64,000 bases of DNA from the human T2T-CHM13v2.0 reference genome, Homo sapiens: NCBI RefSeq assembly GCF_009914755.1, contig NC_060926.1, one strand, 5' to 3'. Positions 46,455-61,430 of this stretch are shown here, one piece after another. Numbering within the stretch: position 1 is the first letter of the stretch; each line of letters begins with the position of its first letter. Position numbers and translations under genes: made by a program. The notes under the pieces were generated by a model. That model was not told where the DNA came from. It searched no databases and worked only from the letters and a program-made list of their open reading frames with translations.

Positions 46455-47330
46455 TTTAGTCATTCATTTTTTTTCTATACATATTTATTGGCACTAGTTT
46501 GGTTTAGGGTATTCTTGGAGATAGAGATTTGGCGGTGGGCTACACAGACTAGTTTTGGTTTTAACGAAGCTAACAGTCTATCAAGAAATATAAGATTTAA
46601 ATAAATTATCAGCCCAAAATATTACTTCCAATTATATAAGGATTAGGAAAGAGAGTTACAGGTTGATAAAATAATACATTAGAAGAAAGTTGTATCTCCT
46701 CAGCATAGGCTATGCAGGCTGTGCACTGCACAACTCTAGGGGCATCTTTCACAGAAATTACAGCATAAATGTATTTGAACTTTATTTAAACTGAATGGGA
46801 AATTACTGCTAGGAGTGACATAATCAGCTATGCATTTATAAAAGATGCTTTGTCCAAAGTGTGAAGAATGGATTTGAAATTGAGAACAAGAGTCAGCATG
46901 GAAATACTAACAGCTTTTTTAAATGATCCATGAGAAAAATGGTAATGGTGAAGAGAATGGAGTCACAGAGGAGTGAATGAATGTATTTTAAAGACAGAAT
47001 TGACAAGACTTGCTGCAGGTTGTATATGGGGCTGAAAACAAGGAGGATGCAAACTTTTCAAAGTGTTATTTACTGACAAAGGTCATGGTGTTAAAGATAC
47101 AAATTTGGTGGAAATATTAAATAATTATTCTTTCTACTTACTTTGTATAATTTACCATGAAACCCCTAAGTGGATAAATCTATCAGGCATGTGGAAACAC
47201 ACAAAATGGGCTGGAGATTTTTACTTGAGATTTTTTTCATAAGACTGTATAAGATATTCTGAAGAGAAGTAATATTGACAAGAGAAACTAGGATTAATTT
47301 CACCTCCAAAAATTGCAGTGGATGGGTGAA
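46455..47330 (-). mobile_element. L2 LINE fragment
   Basis: tcattcatttt…catatttattggcactag…gacataatcagctatgcatttataaaagat…gtgtgaagaatggattt. Confidence 0.6.
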
Positions 47331-49409
47331 CTTCATCTGTCTTAGAGCATTAACTTTACTCCTCAGTTTACATTCATTAACCTCACGGCTGATGCAGAAA
47401 TTTTTTTTCTGTTCTTAAGCCTGTAGCTCGATTCCTGGGACAGCCTCAGGGCTAGGCCTCTTGCACAATCTCAGCAGTCATCATCATCATCAAGTGCCTT
47501 GGTTCTCCCTCAGGAAGTCCTTGTCAGAATCTGGGGAATCTTCTTATTTTCCTGTATATTTAGCTCAAGAAAGTGCCTATGAGCTGCTGCTCCCTGGCTC
47601 CTTGCTTTTATTTCATTTATCTGCACAGATAAACAGACAGACCCAGTTTAAATTTTGGCTCTATTTGCTTTAGGTGAGTGACTCCAGCTATCCTACTCAT
47701 CTACTTTGTGAATGTTACATGTGAAAATGTATGTAACAGCGCCCAACATATATCAGGTGCACAATGACTGTTATTTACCATTTTTCCAAGAGGAACAATT
47801 CTTACTCTGCTTTTACTTCCTTCTAGTCTGTATTTCTGGTCCCTACCTTCTTTTTCTCCCGAAGGTTGCTCATGTTTGTGCTACAGTCTCAGACTCAGGA
47901 TATCTATGGCTCCATCATGATACATTTCTTGCATCTATTTCTAGATGATTCTAGTTTGGGGAAAATGCATGGTGGGAAGAGTGCATGCACAGAGATTGCT
48001 GTTTACCATGTTAAGAGATATAGTTGCTGTGTACAAAAAATTGGGGAGAGTTTAGTAATCAAAACCCAGTTTAAGAGAATAGAGTGAAATAAGGATAATC
48101 TTTGATTCCACAAAAAGAAGAGGGCTCTAGGAGGTCATGCACTAACAATATTGCATATTAGTATGGACACTTTTGTTTATCAAATGCATCACATCATGAT
48201 TTTTTAAATTACTTACAACAACTTTATGAGGTGAGAATGGATGATATAATTCTCATGTTAAATAAGAGAAAACAAAGGTCAGGACATTTAATAGATTCAA
48301 GGGTAACCGCTGGTGGCTCCAAGAGATCTGAATTCTAGACCAGACTCATTAAACTAGCTGTGGCTGCATATAACTTATACTCTCTGAAGTGCTGAGTCTT
48401 CTCAGTGGTAACAGAGGAACAGGATTTCTCTAATATCTAATCCAAACTTAAAAGCATGGGATGCTATATCTTGTCTAATATAAAGAGATCATTGGCAGAA
48501 CTGGGATAAGAATTCTATTCCCTAATTCAAAGCCTCTCCAATACACTACTTTGCTTTAAGACACTTTTCTGGGCTCTGAATAGATAAGAATGGCAATTTT
48601 ATACAAATAAAACAGCTACATGGGGAAAATGGAGAAGAGCAGACAAAGGAGTATTAAAATCTTCTCATGGTCCTTCCAAGTGCAGAAGCAGGTGATCAAG
48701 GTATTGGGTCAGTAGGATGAAAACTGAAAGTAAAAGACTATGGCATGCATACAAATTATAGTGGATAAAATATAAAAGTGGCCCATATCAGTAGTTTTGG
48801 AATAGCTGAGACTGGTGTCAAGCAGTTGACTTAATATGGCCTTTTAAATAATCTAGGTGGATTAGAAAGAGGAGTATGGATGGCTAGGAGAGAGTTTGTG
48901 GAGATGAAGTGGAAGGATTAAAGTCTTGACTGGAACTGGAGAGATTACAGGCTGAGCCTCAGTTTTCTGGATTGAAGTCATTCTCCAAAGTGTTCCTAAG
49001 AAGACACTGTGTCAGCATCTTTTAGCTGGTCATCTATTGAAACTAAGTTAACACTGTTGTTCACAAGTTTGAACTACTAGGGTCAAGGGAGACACCAAGT
49101 TATGAATAATATAGTGGCCAAGAAGCTAGTCAGCATGTCTAAATCATCATGTTTGTCTCCTTTTACATAGATTCTAAAATAGTTCCATTTCAGACTCAAT
49201 AAATACAGGCAGGGTTATTTCAGTAATATAAATGGATGCAGTTATGATAGATTATTTTTTATTTTTTATCTGCTGTAAAGCTGTTACAGTAACAAGATAG
49301 GTATGATTTTATCAAAAATTTGTTTTGGTTAACAAAAGAACAAAAACTGGGGTCTTTGAGGAAAGTATCAATGCTGACAGTCATTTGAAAAAAAATCAAA
49401 TGTGTTACG

Positions 49410-50275
49410 TAATTCATTTAGCAAATGTTTAAATGCTTATTACATCCCAGACATTTAGTTTGATATTAGATATAAATGTATAAATGGGTATAGATAGGTC
49501 AATATAGTTAGATAGATAGTAGACTAAGGTATTACAGTCTCATGAAGAGATGGATATGTAAATCATAAGAGAAAATAATTCTGTAAGAAATTTTTAGATG
49601 TAAATTTTCCCTCAACATGCAGGCATAAAAGGATTTAATTCTTCCTGGGGAAATCAGGGAAGAGCTCATGAAGTGCAGACTTCACATAAAAACTTCAAGA
49701 ATGAACAAGAATGATCAGAGATACACATGTGTAACTAACTTGCTACAGAAAAAGAGAACATGTGTCAGAGATTATTCAAAATTCTCCAAGGAGTTTAATA
49801 TTTCTGAAGGCTTGAACAAGAGATACATTGGTAGAAGTGAAGTCTTAAAAGGTATAGAGGCCATAGCAGAACATAAAGTGTCTTGTAACCTGTGAAAATA
49901 AATTCAAATTACTTCTTGGAAGCCATGAGAAGACTGATGAAATTTAAGAACAGGAATAACATCCAAGGTGTCTTGCAAAGTACATTTCTATAATGCTGAA
50001 ATCAAATTCATTTTCAGATGAGGAAAGCATCTCAGAGGTAGTGGTCAACTTAAGAAGGGGTCTTTTATTCTAACGCAGATACGTGAACAGAAAAGCCTGA
50101 ACTAGGGAACTGACCATGAAACTAAAAAGGAGAAAGCATATGCAAGTGGACACAATGTGAGTATCCTGGCTTCCTGTGTTCTGCCTCAGGAAATAGAGAG
50201 ATAAGTGATATTATTCAACAGAGTCATGGTACCCGAAGCAGTGATGTGGGGGAGATGAGGCGTTTGGATTTGTGG
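49410..50275 (-). mobile_element. L2 LINE fragment
   Basis: attcatttagcaaatgtttaaatgcttattacatcccagaca followed by purine-rich L2-like body. Confidence 0.55.
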
Positions 50276-50734
50276 CTGTGTGGGTATTGCCTGGAACTTC
50301 TTCCCTGATTTTCACAACTTTAAGTTAAAAGTTAAGTACCAGAGGGAAGAGGTCATTGAAGGAGAAAATCAGATTCATTATTTACTACTGATATATGCTA
50401 ATTTTATTTAAGGGCAATCAATTCATCAACTTAAATGTAATTTAAGTTACTTTGCTATAGGATATCATTGTTAATGCAAGACTCCATTGCATAGGTTGGC
50501 AATCGCATTACTGTGTCCACATATAAAATTATGTTGTTTCCAGTATTTTGATACAAATTCTTTATTTCAGAGGAACTATTATATATTACTATTGTTAACT
50601 ATTATTGGGATGTCATCCAAGATATGGGTAATGTATACAACTATTACTGTCAGGGAAGGAAAACATAAACAAAATTCATGATGTAAAGCTTCTTATGTGG
50701 ATCAAATATCATAATGTTCTGGAAGTTTCTTAAG

Positions 50735-51590
50735 AGCAGGAATGAGAGAAAGAGTTAACAAGTTGCCATGAAGTTAAACAAACTTTCATTTCAAGACCCC
50801 TTGCTTGCCTGTCTCTCTTATGAGGAGCCCTAGCAATGTGTTGACTTGGTCATCTATTGTAGTAAAATTTGACCAAGTGTCAGGTTGTTAAGTGCAGGCC
50901 GTCGCAATACCAGTGGCCCTATCACACTTGTCCTCTAGTCAGGTGTTGTTGATGGCTACTGGCATAAAGACGTGGGCTAAAGAGAGGTTGTCAGGAAATT
51001 CAGAGGCCAGTGAAGACAACCTAAGATGTATAATACACAACCACAATAAGACATGAACAAGAAACTTGTTAACAAGTGACGGCAATTAAGAGTATTTAGA
51101 TTAGTCACTGGAAGAAAACTTGCAATGTCAAGAAACTCAGAACTCATCTGTGAATGAAGCTCAATAGACATTTTCCTAAATTTGACAAGAATCCTAAAAA
51201 TGTTCATGATATCACCAGTAATGACTTGTGAAGTAGAAATAAAGAGACTACAGTGAATAAACAAATACCATAGTAAAATAACGCATTATTTTCTTTTATT
51301 CTATATAGAACTTAGTATAAACGTCTTGTCTTACAAGGGTGTGATTTTGCAGCCAAAAATGTAAGACAGGGAAGGGGGAATGGAATAGAGTACGGCAAGG
51401 CTATTAATGAATACAAATATTATCTCATTTTGTGTTTTATTTTTAAGTTGTTCATGGTATTGGTTAGCTTTTTAAAATTTGCAGTTTGTTGTGATTACTG
51501 ATTATAAATATTTAATGTCATACCTGTTTATAATCACCATTTTGTGTAAAAGAAGGCCTCTAAAATTATTTAAGCTTCACATCACATAAT
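50735..51590 (+). mobile_element. Zaphod/MER115-like hAT-Tip100 transposon relic
   Basis: ~51160-51245 translates to SIDIFLNLTRILKMFMISPVMTCEVE, resembling the hAT C-terminal dimerisation motif (FPNL..IL.I…PVTSCEAER). End aaggcctctaaaattatttaagcttca. Confidence 0.6.
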
Positions 51591-53699
51591 CACTGTAATA
51601 TTTCTCTCAAGATCCCTAGCACCAAACTAAAAACTGTAGAGAAAATTGCTCAGTAAAGTTGACCGTTAAACGAACAAGAGAGTGTCAGGATTTGGTAATT
51701 AAATGTTAAGTGAGGAACAATAGGGAACACAGCATCTTGATCCTGCTGTAAAAGTAAGGCAAAGTGAATTCAGGGAAAGAGAAATCTCAAAATAAAAGTT
51801 TATTCTCAGCTCTATTCATGAACTTTTGACTGTTTACAGTTCATAAAGTTACCTTCATAAATTACATGGGCATGGAGGGAGACAGACATCAAGATCCTGG
51901 AGATGAAGGAAGCTAACTCTTATAAGACAATCAACAACAACAAAATTATCTTTGCTCCTGATTTTAAAGGGCTAAAGGAAGAGGAGAAGGGGAACATGAA
52001 GGGAGAACACATGCATAGGAAAAATGAGGGGAAATAAACAAAGAGAAATTGTGTAAGGTGAGAAATGACAGTAAAATTCACCTATAATATGGAGGCTGAA
52101 AACCATTTTAAAAATGGTGAAACCTTCTATTCTATTTGAAAAATATTTTTTGGTACAATAAAAAATCTTCTAGCACTCATCCATCCCAATTCTTTCCCAA
52201 CTGAAATGTCAGTGAATTCTACTCTACTCATAATGTATTGTAAAAAAAAGTTTTTTCCCCTTTAACTAAAAAACTTACCTCAATTTTACATATGAACCAG
52301 AATGAAGAATTCTACAAGAAAGTAGAAACATGACAGAAAGAAGAGTACAGGAGAACGGGTGAAACTTGAAAACTGATAGAAATGATAGAACAGGATCTAT
52401 ACTTCTGCAGGTCACTGAAGTGAAGAGTTTGATGTTCTTCCTAGATCTTCATAGACGTAGAATTGCCTGTGTAATCTCCTTACCTCACTAGTCTGCCCTG
52501 TCTTCCTTCTTGCTAGATGAGAAATAAAGAAAACAAGAAAAGCAAGGGAAAGGAGAGAAAAAAGGAGGGATACAGCAAGAGGGAGAAAGAAAAGGACGAG
52601 AAAATAAATTACTAAAGGGAGAAAAGAAAAAGAAAAAAGAAAAAGCAGAGAAGAAGTTAATCCCCTGGTGAATTTTTCACAGGCTATCTGGAACTCAAAA
52701 GTTCAATCTTTATCCATCTATCACTAAGTCAACTTCTGGAACCTCTTCTTCTAGAACCAGTTAGGGAAGCCACTGAAGGAGGGTTATAGGACAAAATATA
52801 TGTTGGTGTGAACTTTAAAAAAAGAATTTGTGTTTAAGGATGAAACTGTAATGGTTTTGAAATTGCACTAACCACATTTGATTTGAGCTGAATCAAAAGT
52901 AGAAAAATCAGCAAATTCTACATAAAAAACTAAGGAAGAGGAAGAAGATCCAACTTAGAAAATCCAGTGGAATAATAATTCCATTAGTAAGATAACGATA
53001 CAGAGAGATGATGACACTGGAGTTTTCAGAGAGCATTGAGGCAATATGTAGCTATGGAATTTGAAAAAAAAAATGGTTCATTTTTGGAAGATTACTACAA
53101 CAGTCATGTTAGATTAATTGAAATGAAGGTTGGTGTTATAAGGCTTTAAAAATAGTCCAACTGGAAATACGAAAGCTTGAAAAGCAGCTTTGAAAAACAA
53201 AGACAGAGGGGAAAGGGATGAAGAGAAATACAACTGAGATTTAAGATATAAAATAACTGAAATCTGGAACTAATCAACTGTGAAAATCAAGCAACGAGAA
53301 AGAGTTGTAAATTATTTTAAAATATCTGGCTCGATCAACTTTGCCAGTTTTAGAGCCAGTCTTTGCAAAAAGGGAGAAACAAAACAGATGAGACAAGAAA
53401 GGAACATCCAGCATGCTGTGAACCCCCTGAGACTGGCCATGATCTGAAAGAGTAAAGCTCTATCCAGGGAACCTTTTCTGAATCATAGTGTCAGACTTCC
53501 TGCTCTTTTCAACTCCCCTGGTTTTATCATCTCTACTCTGTTTCAGCAATCTACTGCCATGGCCACATCCTGAATGTTGACAATACCCTAAACTGTGCCA
53601 TTTATAAGATCTCTGACACACCAACCTCTCTCCTCTTACAGCTCTCAATGATGTATATGACCTCAGCTTATTCTAATATGCTTACAGATTATACACCCG

Positions 53700-54709
53700 T
53701 GATATTGATGGCAGTGGCTGCTGCTGTCGTGGCTGCTGCTATCACGCCTGCTGCAACACAGAGGTGCGACTGGGGCTGCACATTTCACGGAGGTGTTGGG
53801 AGTTCCGCCCCTTCTGATGTGGGGAAAGAGATCCCCAGGTGCCCCTGCATCTGCCCAAACTGTGGCTGTGGATCGGAGGCTCCAGGTTGGCAGGTTGGGA
53901 GCTTCCGGGTGCAGCTGCGACCGCCCTCCCAGGTGCAGGACCCTGGTGTTTCTGCAGCCTGCACCCTTGGGGGCCCCAGGAAAGACCCATATCCTTGCAG
54001 GCTTGGAGGTGTTTGCTTCTTCTGCCTGGCCTCTCTCGGCTCCCGGTGCATGCTCTCATATCTGAGTGGGGGTTGGTGCTGAGCCCCGGGGCCGTGAATT
54101 GCAGCAGGAGGCAGATTTATTCCTGGGCAGAAGGTGGCAGATCCCAAGTAAGGGGACCTTCAAGCCAGGGAGGGCCTGAAGGCTGGTGGCTGGGCTACCA
54201 GTCCCACCGACCAGAGTGGGGATTCGTGGGCCTCTTCTGGGCCACCCATAGCCACCCATGGACCAATCAGCAAGCACATCCTCCCCTCTGAGGTCCGTAA
54301 AAGCCCTGGGCGCAGCCTGAGCAGGGCAGAGGAAGGCCAGAGGTGAAGGAGTCAGAGAGGCGACAGGATAGGCAGCTGCCGAGAGAAGTACGCCTCTCTG
54401 CTGAGACCTGGAGATGACGGGAAGGCCAGATGCAGAGAGGAGCTACCCTCTCTGCTTAGAGCTGCCAGGAGGAGCTACCAACCTTCTCTGCTGAGAGCTG
54501 CAGAGATGACCTGCTGGCAGAGAGGAGCTACCCACTGCGGGTCTCCTCTGATCTGTTGTAATGCTGAATAAAGCTTCTTTTCATCTTGTTCACCTTCCAC
54601 TTGTCTGCATACCTCATTCTACCCGGACGCAAGCAAGAACTCGAGCAAAGGCACAACCAGCCACAGAGGTTTCTGGCCAGAAAATCGACACCCCAAAAGT
54701 CCTATAACA
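53700..54709 (+). mobile_element. MER52 (MER52A-like) ERV1 solo LTR
   Basis: GC-rich block with TG…CA ends (tgatattgatggcagtggc … cctataaca), repeated gaggagctaccctctctgctgagagctg units and AATAAA at ~54567. Confidence 0.8.
54255..54305 (+). promoter_or_regulatory. LTR core promoter elements (CCAAT box and degenerate TATA)
   Basis: ggaccaatcagc followed ~30 nt later by ccgtaaaag within the MER52 LTR. Activity unknown. Confidence 0.4.
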
Positions 54710-56229
54710 ATCTGATTCTAAAAGCAACATCATCTTTTCAATGTAATTCTAAAAGAATTTGGGATTATTTTATTTAATTTCAGGATCCCCTCTGAAGAAA
54801 ATCAACTTACAAAGGATGGCAGGTCTTAAGAAAGGTACTTAGCAAGTGCTGGTACATTCTAAGCAATCAATATTTGTCAATGTTCAGTAATTGTACAATT
54901 GTACTAGAGAAAACAATTCCAGGGGCTTAAAATTATCTTATACAAGGATCCACTTTATTATTATTTTTTCTGTTTGTTTTGGATAAATTACTGACTCCTT
55001 ATCTCAGTTATGTTATGTGTTAAATGTTTACAGTGTTATTTTGTATCTCTCAAGGGCTTTTGTTAGAATTTTCAATGAGATACCTTAAAACCTCTAAAAA
55101 GAAAATGGATGTTATAAGTAAATAAAAATAAGTCTGAATGGCCAAAAATATGTGTATGTTTGTTCTTACTATTTATCGCCAAGGACACCAATTCATTGGC
55201 CCTTTTTTATAGCAATATGTAACTCAAACTTCTGGTTTATTTGCTTTAGACCTGAAAGACATAAATTTATTTTTCCATTTACATAGCAAGTTGAAGTTGT
55301 GAGGACAGATACAGTAGAATGTGTTGATTTCCACAGTCTCTAGAAACTGGCATTTCTCTTATTTCCCAGTTCAGGGATTTTCAATTCACAGTATTTCACA
55401 TTAATGTTAGACTTGCTATAAGGTTATTTCTTAAAATATCTTATGCGTTGCCTTCAGGAAAACATTAGCTTGCTAGCTTTCTGAGGTATTACTCATTTAT
55501 ATCACTCAAAATAATGACCAGTGAATATATCAGAATGGAGACCCACCTAGAGGCAGCATGCCTTAATTCTGTAGTGCCAGCAGTGTGTGACTAGATGGCT
55601 ACCTTTCTTACTTATTGTTATATAGCAAATTTTAGAGGCACTTGTGAGAATGATTTTTTTCAGATCAACCACATTTGTGTATGAGCAAATGGAGTTTGTC
55701 TCAAGTGATCTAGGCACATGAAATCAAATTATTCTTTAAATTACCTATTGAGAATGTCGCTCTATTGTTACCTGCAAAAAATACATACAACTTCTTAATA
55801 ATGTATTCCATAGAACATGTTGAAGTTTATAAGGCTCTTGGATTGTAATATCTCATTATATTCTAAAAACAAGTTCAGTTAGGCAGGGCTGGAATTGTGC
55901 GTCTCCTTCCAAGAGCCTTGCTTAAGACCAGCTGAATATATAGTAGGGGACAACCACAGATGTTCAGTGTCACCACTAAATCCATTTGGGATTAAGCAGG
56001 ATCTGTCAATAAATACTTCTGTTAAGGCCTTGGTGTAGTCCTATGGGATAATGCGAAGAACGTAATCACTGTAGGTGTTTTTATGATGCACAACACAATA
56101 TTATGACATGACATTGATGAATTTGTGATTATTGTAACTGGCTGTCTTTTGTCTCATTTCATCATTTCAATTATACATCAAATAAAATATCTGCAATGAA
56201 TGGAAAAGTGTTTTACCTGCTGGTATAAA

Positions 56230-56445
56230 AAACGTTGTGAATATTGGGATTAGACAAAACTGGACATAAATCTCCAGGCCATCGCTTACTAGCTTTGTGT
56301 CCTTCAGCAATGTACATTCTCTCTCTGAGACTCCATTTCTTATTTTAAAATAGGGATGACAATGCTTTCATCATATGGTGGCTATGAAAATTAAGTGAAA
56401 TAGCATGTATAAAGGGCAAATACAGGTTAATAAACGTTATTCTTC
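56230..56445 (+). mobile_element. MIR SINE
   Basis: cttactagctttgtgtccttcagcaa…ctctctgagactccatttcttattttaaaatagggatgacaat. Confidence 0.75.
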
Positions 56446-56856
56446 TTCCTCTCTCCTATCTTCACCCTAGAGAGCATCAGGGATGCAACTCACATGGCAG
56501 TTTAACTACATGTCTAAGATTTCTATCCCTGTATTACATGATCCATATTATCCAATTCTAACACGTGGGAAAATCCAAAACACTGCAAATTGCAAAGAGA
56601 AACTGTGCAGTAAAGGACTAAAAATATCAAGTGTGTCATTCAGTTAACGTTAATGTTTCAGGTGAACTGGAGACAGAACTTGTGTTATTGTGCTGAGCTA
56701 TAACATCTATGCCCTCTCTAAGCCTATATGGAACTGTAATAAAGTATTTTATTACAGTAGTCCATCTAGGTTTGCTTTCTTCTATGAAAATAGTGGGTCC
56801 ATGTGTTTGATGCTGTACAATGTAATTCGACAATTAGTTAACTTGTAATAAAGTAA

Positions 56857-57215
<359 letters not shown>

Positions 57216-57398
57216 AGCAATACATAATATTTTATAACAACTGTTACTCATTCATATCTGATATTTGGACATTAATTGATAAAAATAGTGATTTTATAAA
57301 AGAAGTTAAAGAGGTGTTTGTTATGGAAAACATGGGCAAAAATGCTGAATAATATCTGAAACTAAATTATTTTATATATTTAAAAATGTTTCAAAATG

Positions 57399-58408
<1,010 letters not shown>

Positions 58409-59723
58409 TATTTAAAACATTGTAAAATAGAGCTTATGCCTTGGTTTCATGTTTTAGGTGAAAGAGATGACTAAATCTAGGATTTTTATTTCTTCCATGG
58501 GTTATGTGAAATCCAAATATATACTTGGGTAAACTCCTGTGTTTTTATTTCGTCGTGGTTATCAAATGGCTTAATTGAGACAGAAATTCAAAGCTAATTT
58601 TTCTTTTAACCTACAATAATCATGGAGCTTAGAAATAGAACAATAATCATGCCTTTCATCTGTGAATGTGGCCATTTCCATTGTAATGCTCTGACAACCA
58701 GAGTTCAACCTTTCAGCAGCACATCTGTCCATGAATAAAATTTGAGTATGTAAGAAGCTGAAAGCATGGACAAGCAAGGTTCAAGGTTTGAAGGTTCAAG
58801 GCTTTTCATAGAATCTACTGATCTGGAGTATTTCCTTCTCTTTAAGTTCATAGATTCAAATTTTACTTGGACGCTATGCAAACAACTGATGAGTCACATT
58901 CTTATATAAGTTCTGATGGATTTGTTTTAACTTTCCAATTCACATGCAGAAGTAACACTTTCCCTGCTTCCTCTCTATCATGTCTATCTGTTGCCATCCT
59001 GCTTTTCTGAATTTGATCCGAAGCCTACATCCCAAGGTTAAATGGAGTACCCTTATCTTTTTTTTCTTTTTTTTTTAAAAAAGATATATTAAGACAAGAG
59101 AAGAAGAGAAGGTAAAGTTAGCATGATTTTTTCATAGTACAATTTTCAGAATATATGCAACTCATACCCTAAGACTTCCAAAAAGGTTTCAAAAGGAATT
59201 TGATTTAAGACAGAGCTTTTGTGTTTTGGTTAGAAGTAGAGACAGATAAGTACTGTTTGGTGACTTTTTTCATGACTTGTATTAAGTTGAGGTAGAGTAA
59301 TTAAGTGACAAATATCTCCCAAATTTAAATTGTTCAGCACAACTAAAACTTATTTTTCACTGAATTTGGTGTCTGTTGGGTCCATGGGGATTGAGAAGCC
59401 TTGGGGTGAGTTTCTGTATCATGAAGTCATTGAGGGTCCCAGATCCATCAATCTGGAAACTCAGTCTCCTGTGTAACCAGAAGATGGACCAAGCAAAAGA
59501 GAAGGCCCACCTGTTCATTTTCTTGGCTTGTAGGTGACCACCTCACTTCCAATCATGTTCTGTCCATGAGAATTCACTACAAAACTTGTCTTTACGCAAG
59601 GGGCTAGAATATGATCTATTGATATACCCAAAAAAGAAAAGGACCAAATATTGGCAAGCACATGAATTTTGCCCTATGGCCTTATTTAGACCCAGGCTAC
59701 TTAGATAAAAGCCATCGTAGATC

Positions 59724-60707
59724 CAGGACTAGCCACATAATTTGGACAGCCCAGTGCAAATGAAAATTCAGGGCTCCTTGTTGTAATAGCAGGAAAATGG
59801 GGATAATGATACCTTTGTGGGAGGGTGTTTATAATGTATTTGTACACTAAAAACATAAAAAGTACTAAAATATAAAACTTTTTTTTCTTCTCACAACTCT
59901 TTTTTGACATTGCATTAAAAAAAGTTTCCATTTACTATAACCCTCTTTGCAACATGCAGATATTTGCAGGGATTATGTACAGTCTCCCATGCACTCAGAG
60001 CACTGGCCCAGGAATCTGTGTCCATTTGTGACTTACCAGCTGCTGAGTTCTCCCTCCTTCCAGCTGCTGAACTGACATGTTTATTGGCCGTGAATGAGGA
60101 ATTCGATCTCCCTTTCCCTCAGCTTGTCATCCCAGCCCATGGTAGATAGTTGATCCTCAAGGGATTACAAATCAGACATGCTCAGTACCTGCATCTGGGG
60201 TGGGCCAGCCCAGAGCCTCATCCCCACTAAGTCACTTTCCCAACAGCTGTGGGGCTGCTAGCTTAGGACAGGGATCATGTCACCCTGAGGCACCATGGAG
60301 TGTGCATATCCAACCCTGAGATTCCTCATGACTTTGCCCAGGCCCCTACTAGGGTTGAAGGACCATGACTGCATGCAGGTCTCCTCCTGAATGCAATCCC
60401 TGCTCTAGGAGGAGAGCTGTATTAATCCTTGGTCAGGGGAGAAAATATCAAGGCTGCGCAAGCCCAGACCTCAGGGCGCTGGGAGCCAGTGGTTGAGAAT
60501 CTGTGCTGGAGAGGCAGGGAGATGGTATTGCCCATGAACCAAGATTAAAAGCCAGTATTTGTTCCATTGTCCCATTGGATTTCACTTGCAAACCACAAAT
60601 TTCAAAGATGAAATCATTAATAGTTTCAAGACAACAGCAGAGCATTAACCCCCTGGGTGCAAGTCCCTTAGAACTGCACTGGCCACACACCCATGAAGCT
60701 GGCCCTG
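59724..60707. mobile_element. MER45 (B/C-like) hAT-Tip100 element, near full length
   Basis: Ends caggactagccacataatttggacagcccagtgcaaatgaaaattcagggctccttgtt … actgcactggccacacacccatgaagctggccctg. Confidence 0.8.
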
Positions 60708-61254
60708 CACATACCATATTGGTTTAACCATACCAGTGTCCCTGCAGATGCTCTCAGTAAAAAGGTGGTCTTGAGGTGTCTGTCTTCTCCTTTCCCATTC
60801 ATTACACGAAAGCATCACTGTACAGAAAGTACGTTTGCAAAGGCTTTTAAGGTAGATGCCCTCTCAAAATCAGTAATCATGAACTTTCTGCCCCATGCTT
60901 TTGATATTGTCATATATTCTTGTGAAATATACATATTTTCTTTTCAAAGATTGCTTTTTCTGAAATACTTTAAGGAATTATTTCCAAGTTACCCTTTCTT
61001 AAGACCTTCCATGATCACCTAGACAGAAAGAACTCTTCTTCCCTTTAATTGGGTGGTTTACTACAGGTGAGAGTGAGCTTATCAGAATCACCATGGGGGC
61101 ATTTTAAAACCATCTTTGCTTACTCTTATTCTCCACACTCAGGATTTAGGCATGAGAGGCACCTATAAATTGAAAATGTTCTCTAGATTTTTATAACAGT
61201 TTCTACCTCCATTGAAGTATTTGCTTTAATGCCAAGGCTTTATGCAGACATCAT

Positions 61255-61430
61255 TTAAAAAAATCAAGTATCACTTATGTTTTCTATTATGCTTGGGCAC
61301 ATGTCAATCTCCCCTAGATTGCACATAATTTTTGCATAGAAGGTCTTATTTGTCTTTATTTTCCCAAGACACATGTAACCTTAACTAGTATATAGTGGGT
61401 ACTCAATAAATATTTGTGATTTGAATCAAT
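61255..61430 (+). mobile_element. L2 3' end
   Basis: tctcccctagattgc…tagtgggtactcaataaatatttgtgatttgaatcaatgga. Confidence 0.65.

Noticed and set aside
47629-47673. 45-nt plus-strand exon-like segment (cacag| … tag|gtgagt)
   Set aside because: Overlaps probable MIR sequence and has no supporting context; such splice-site pairs are common by chance.
53460-54291. Cluster of 62-150 aa ORFs on both strands
   Set aside because: Expected in a GC-rich MER52 LTR with few stop codons; no recognisable domain.
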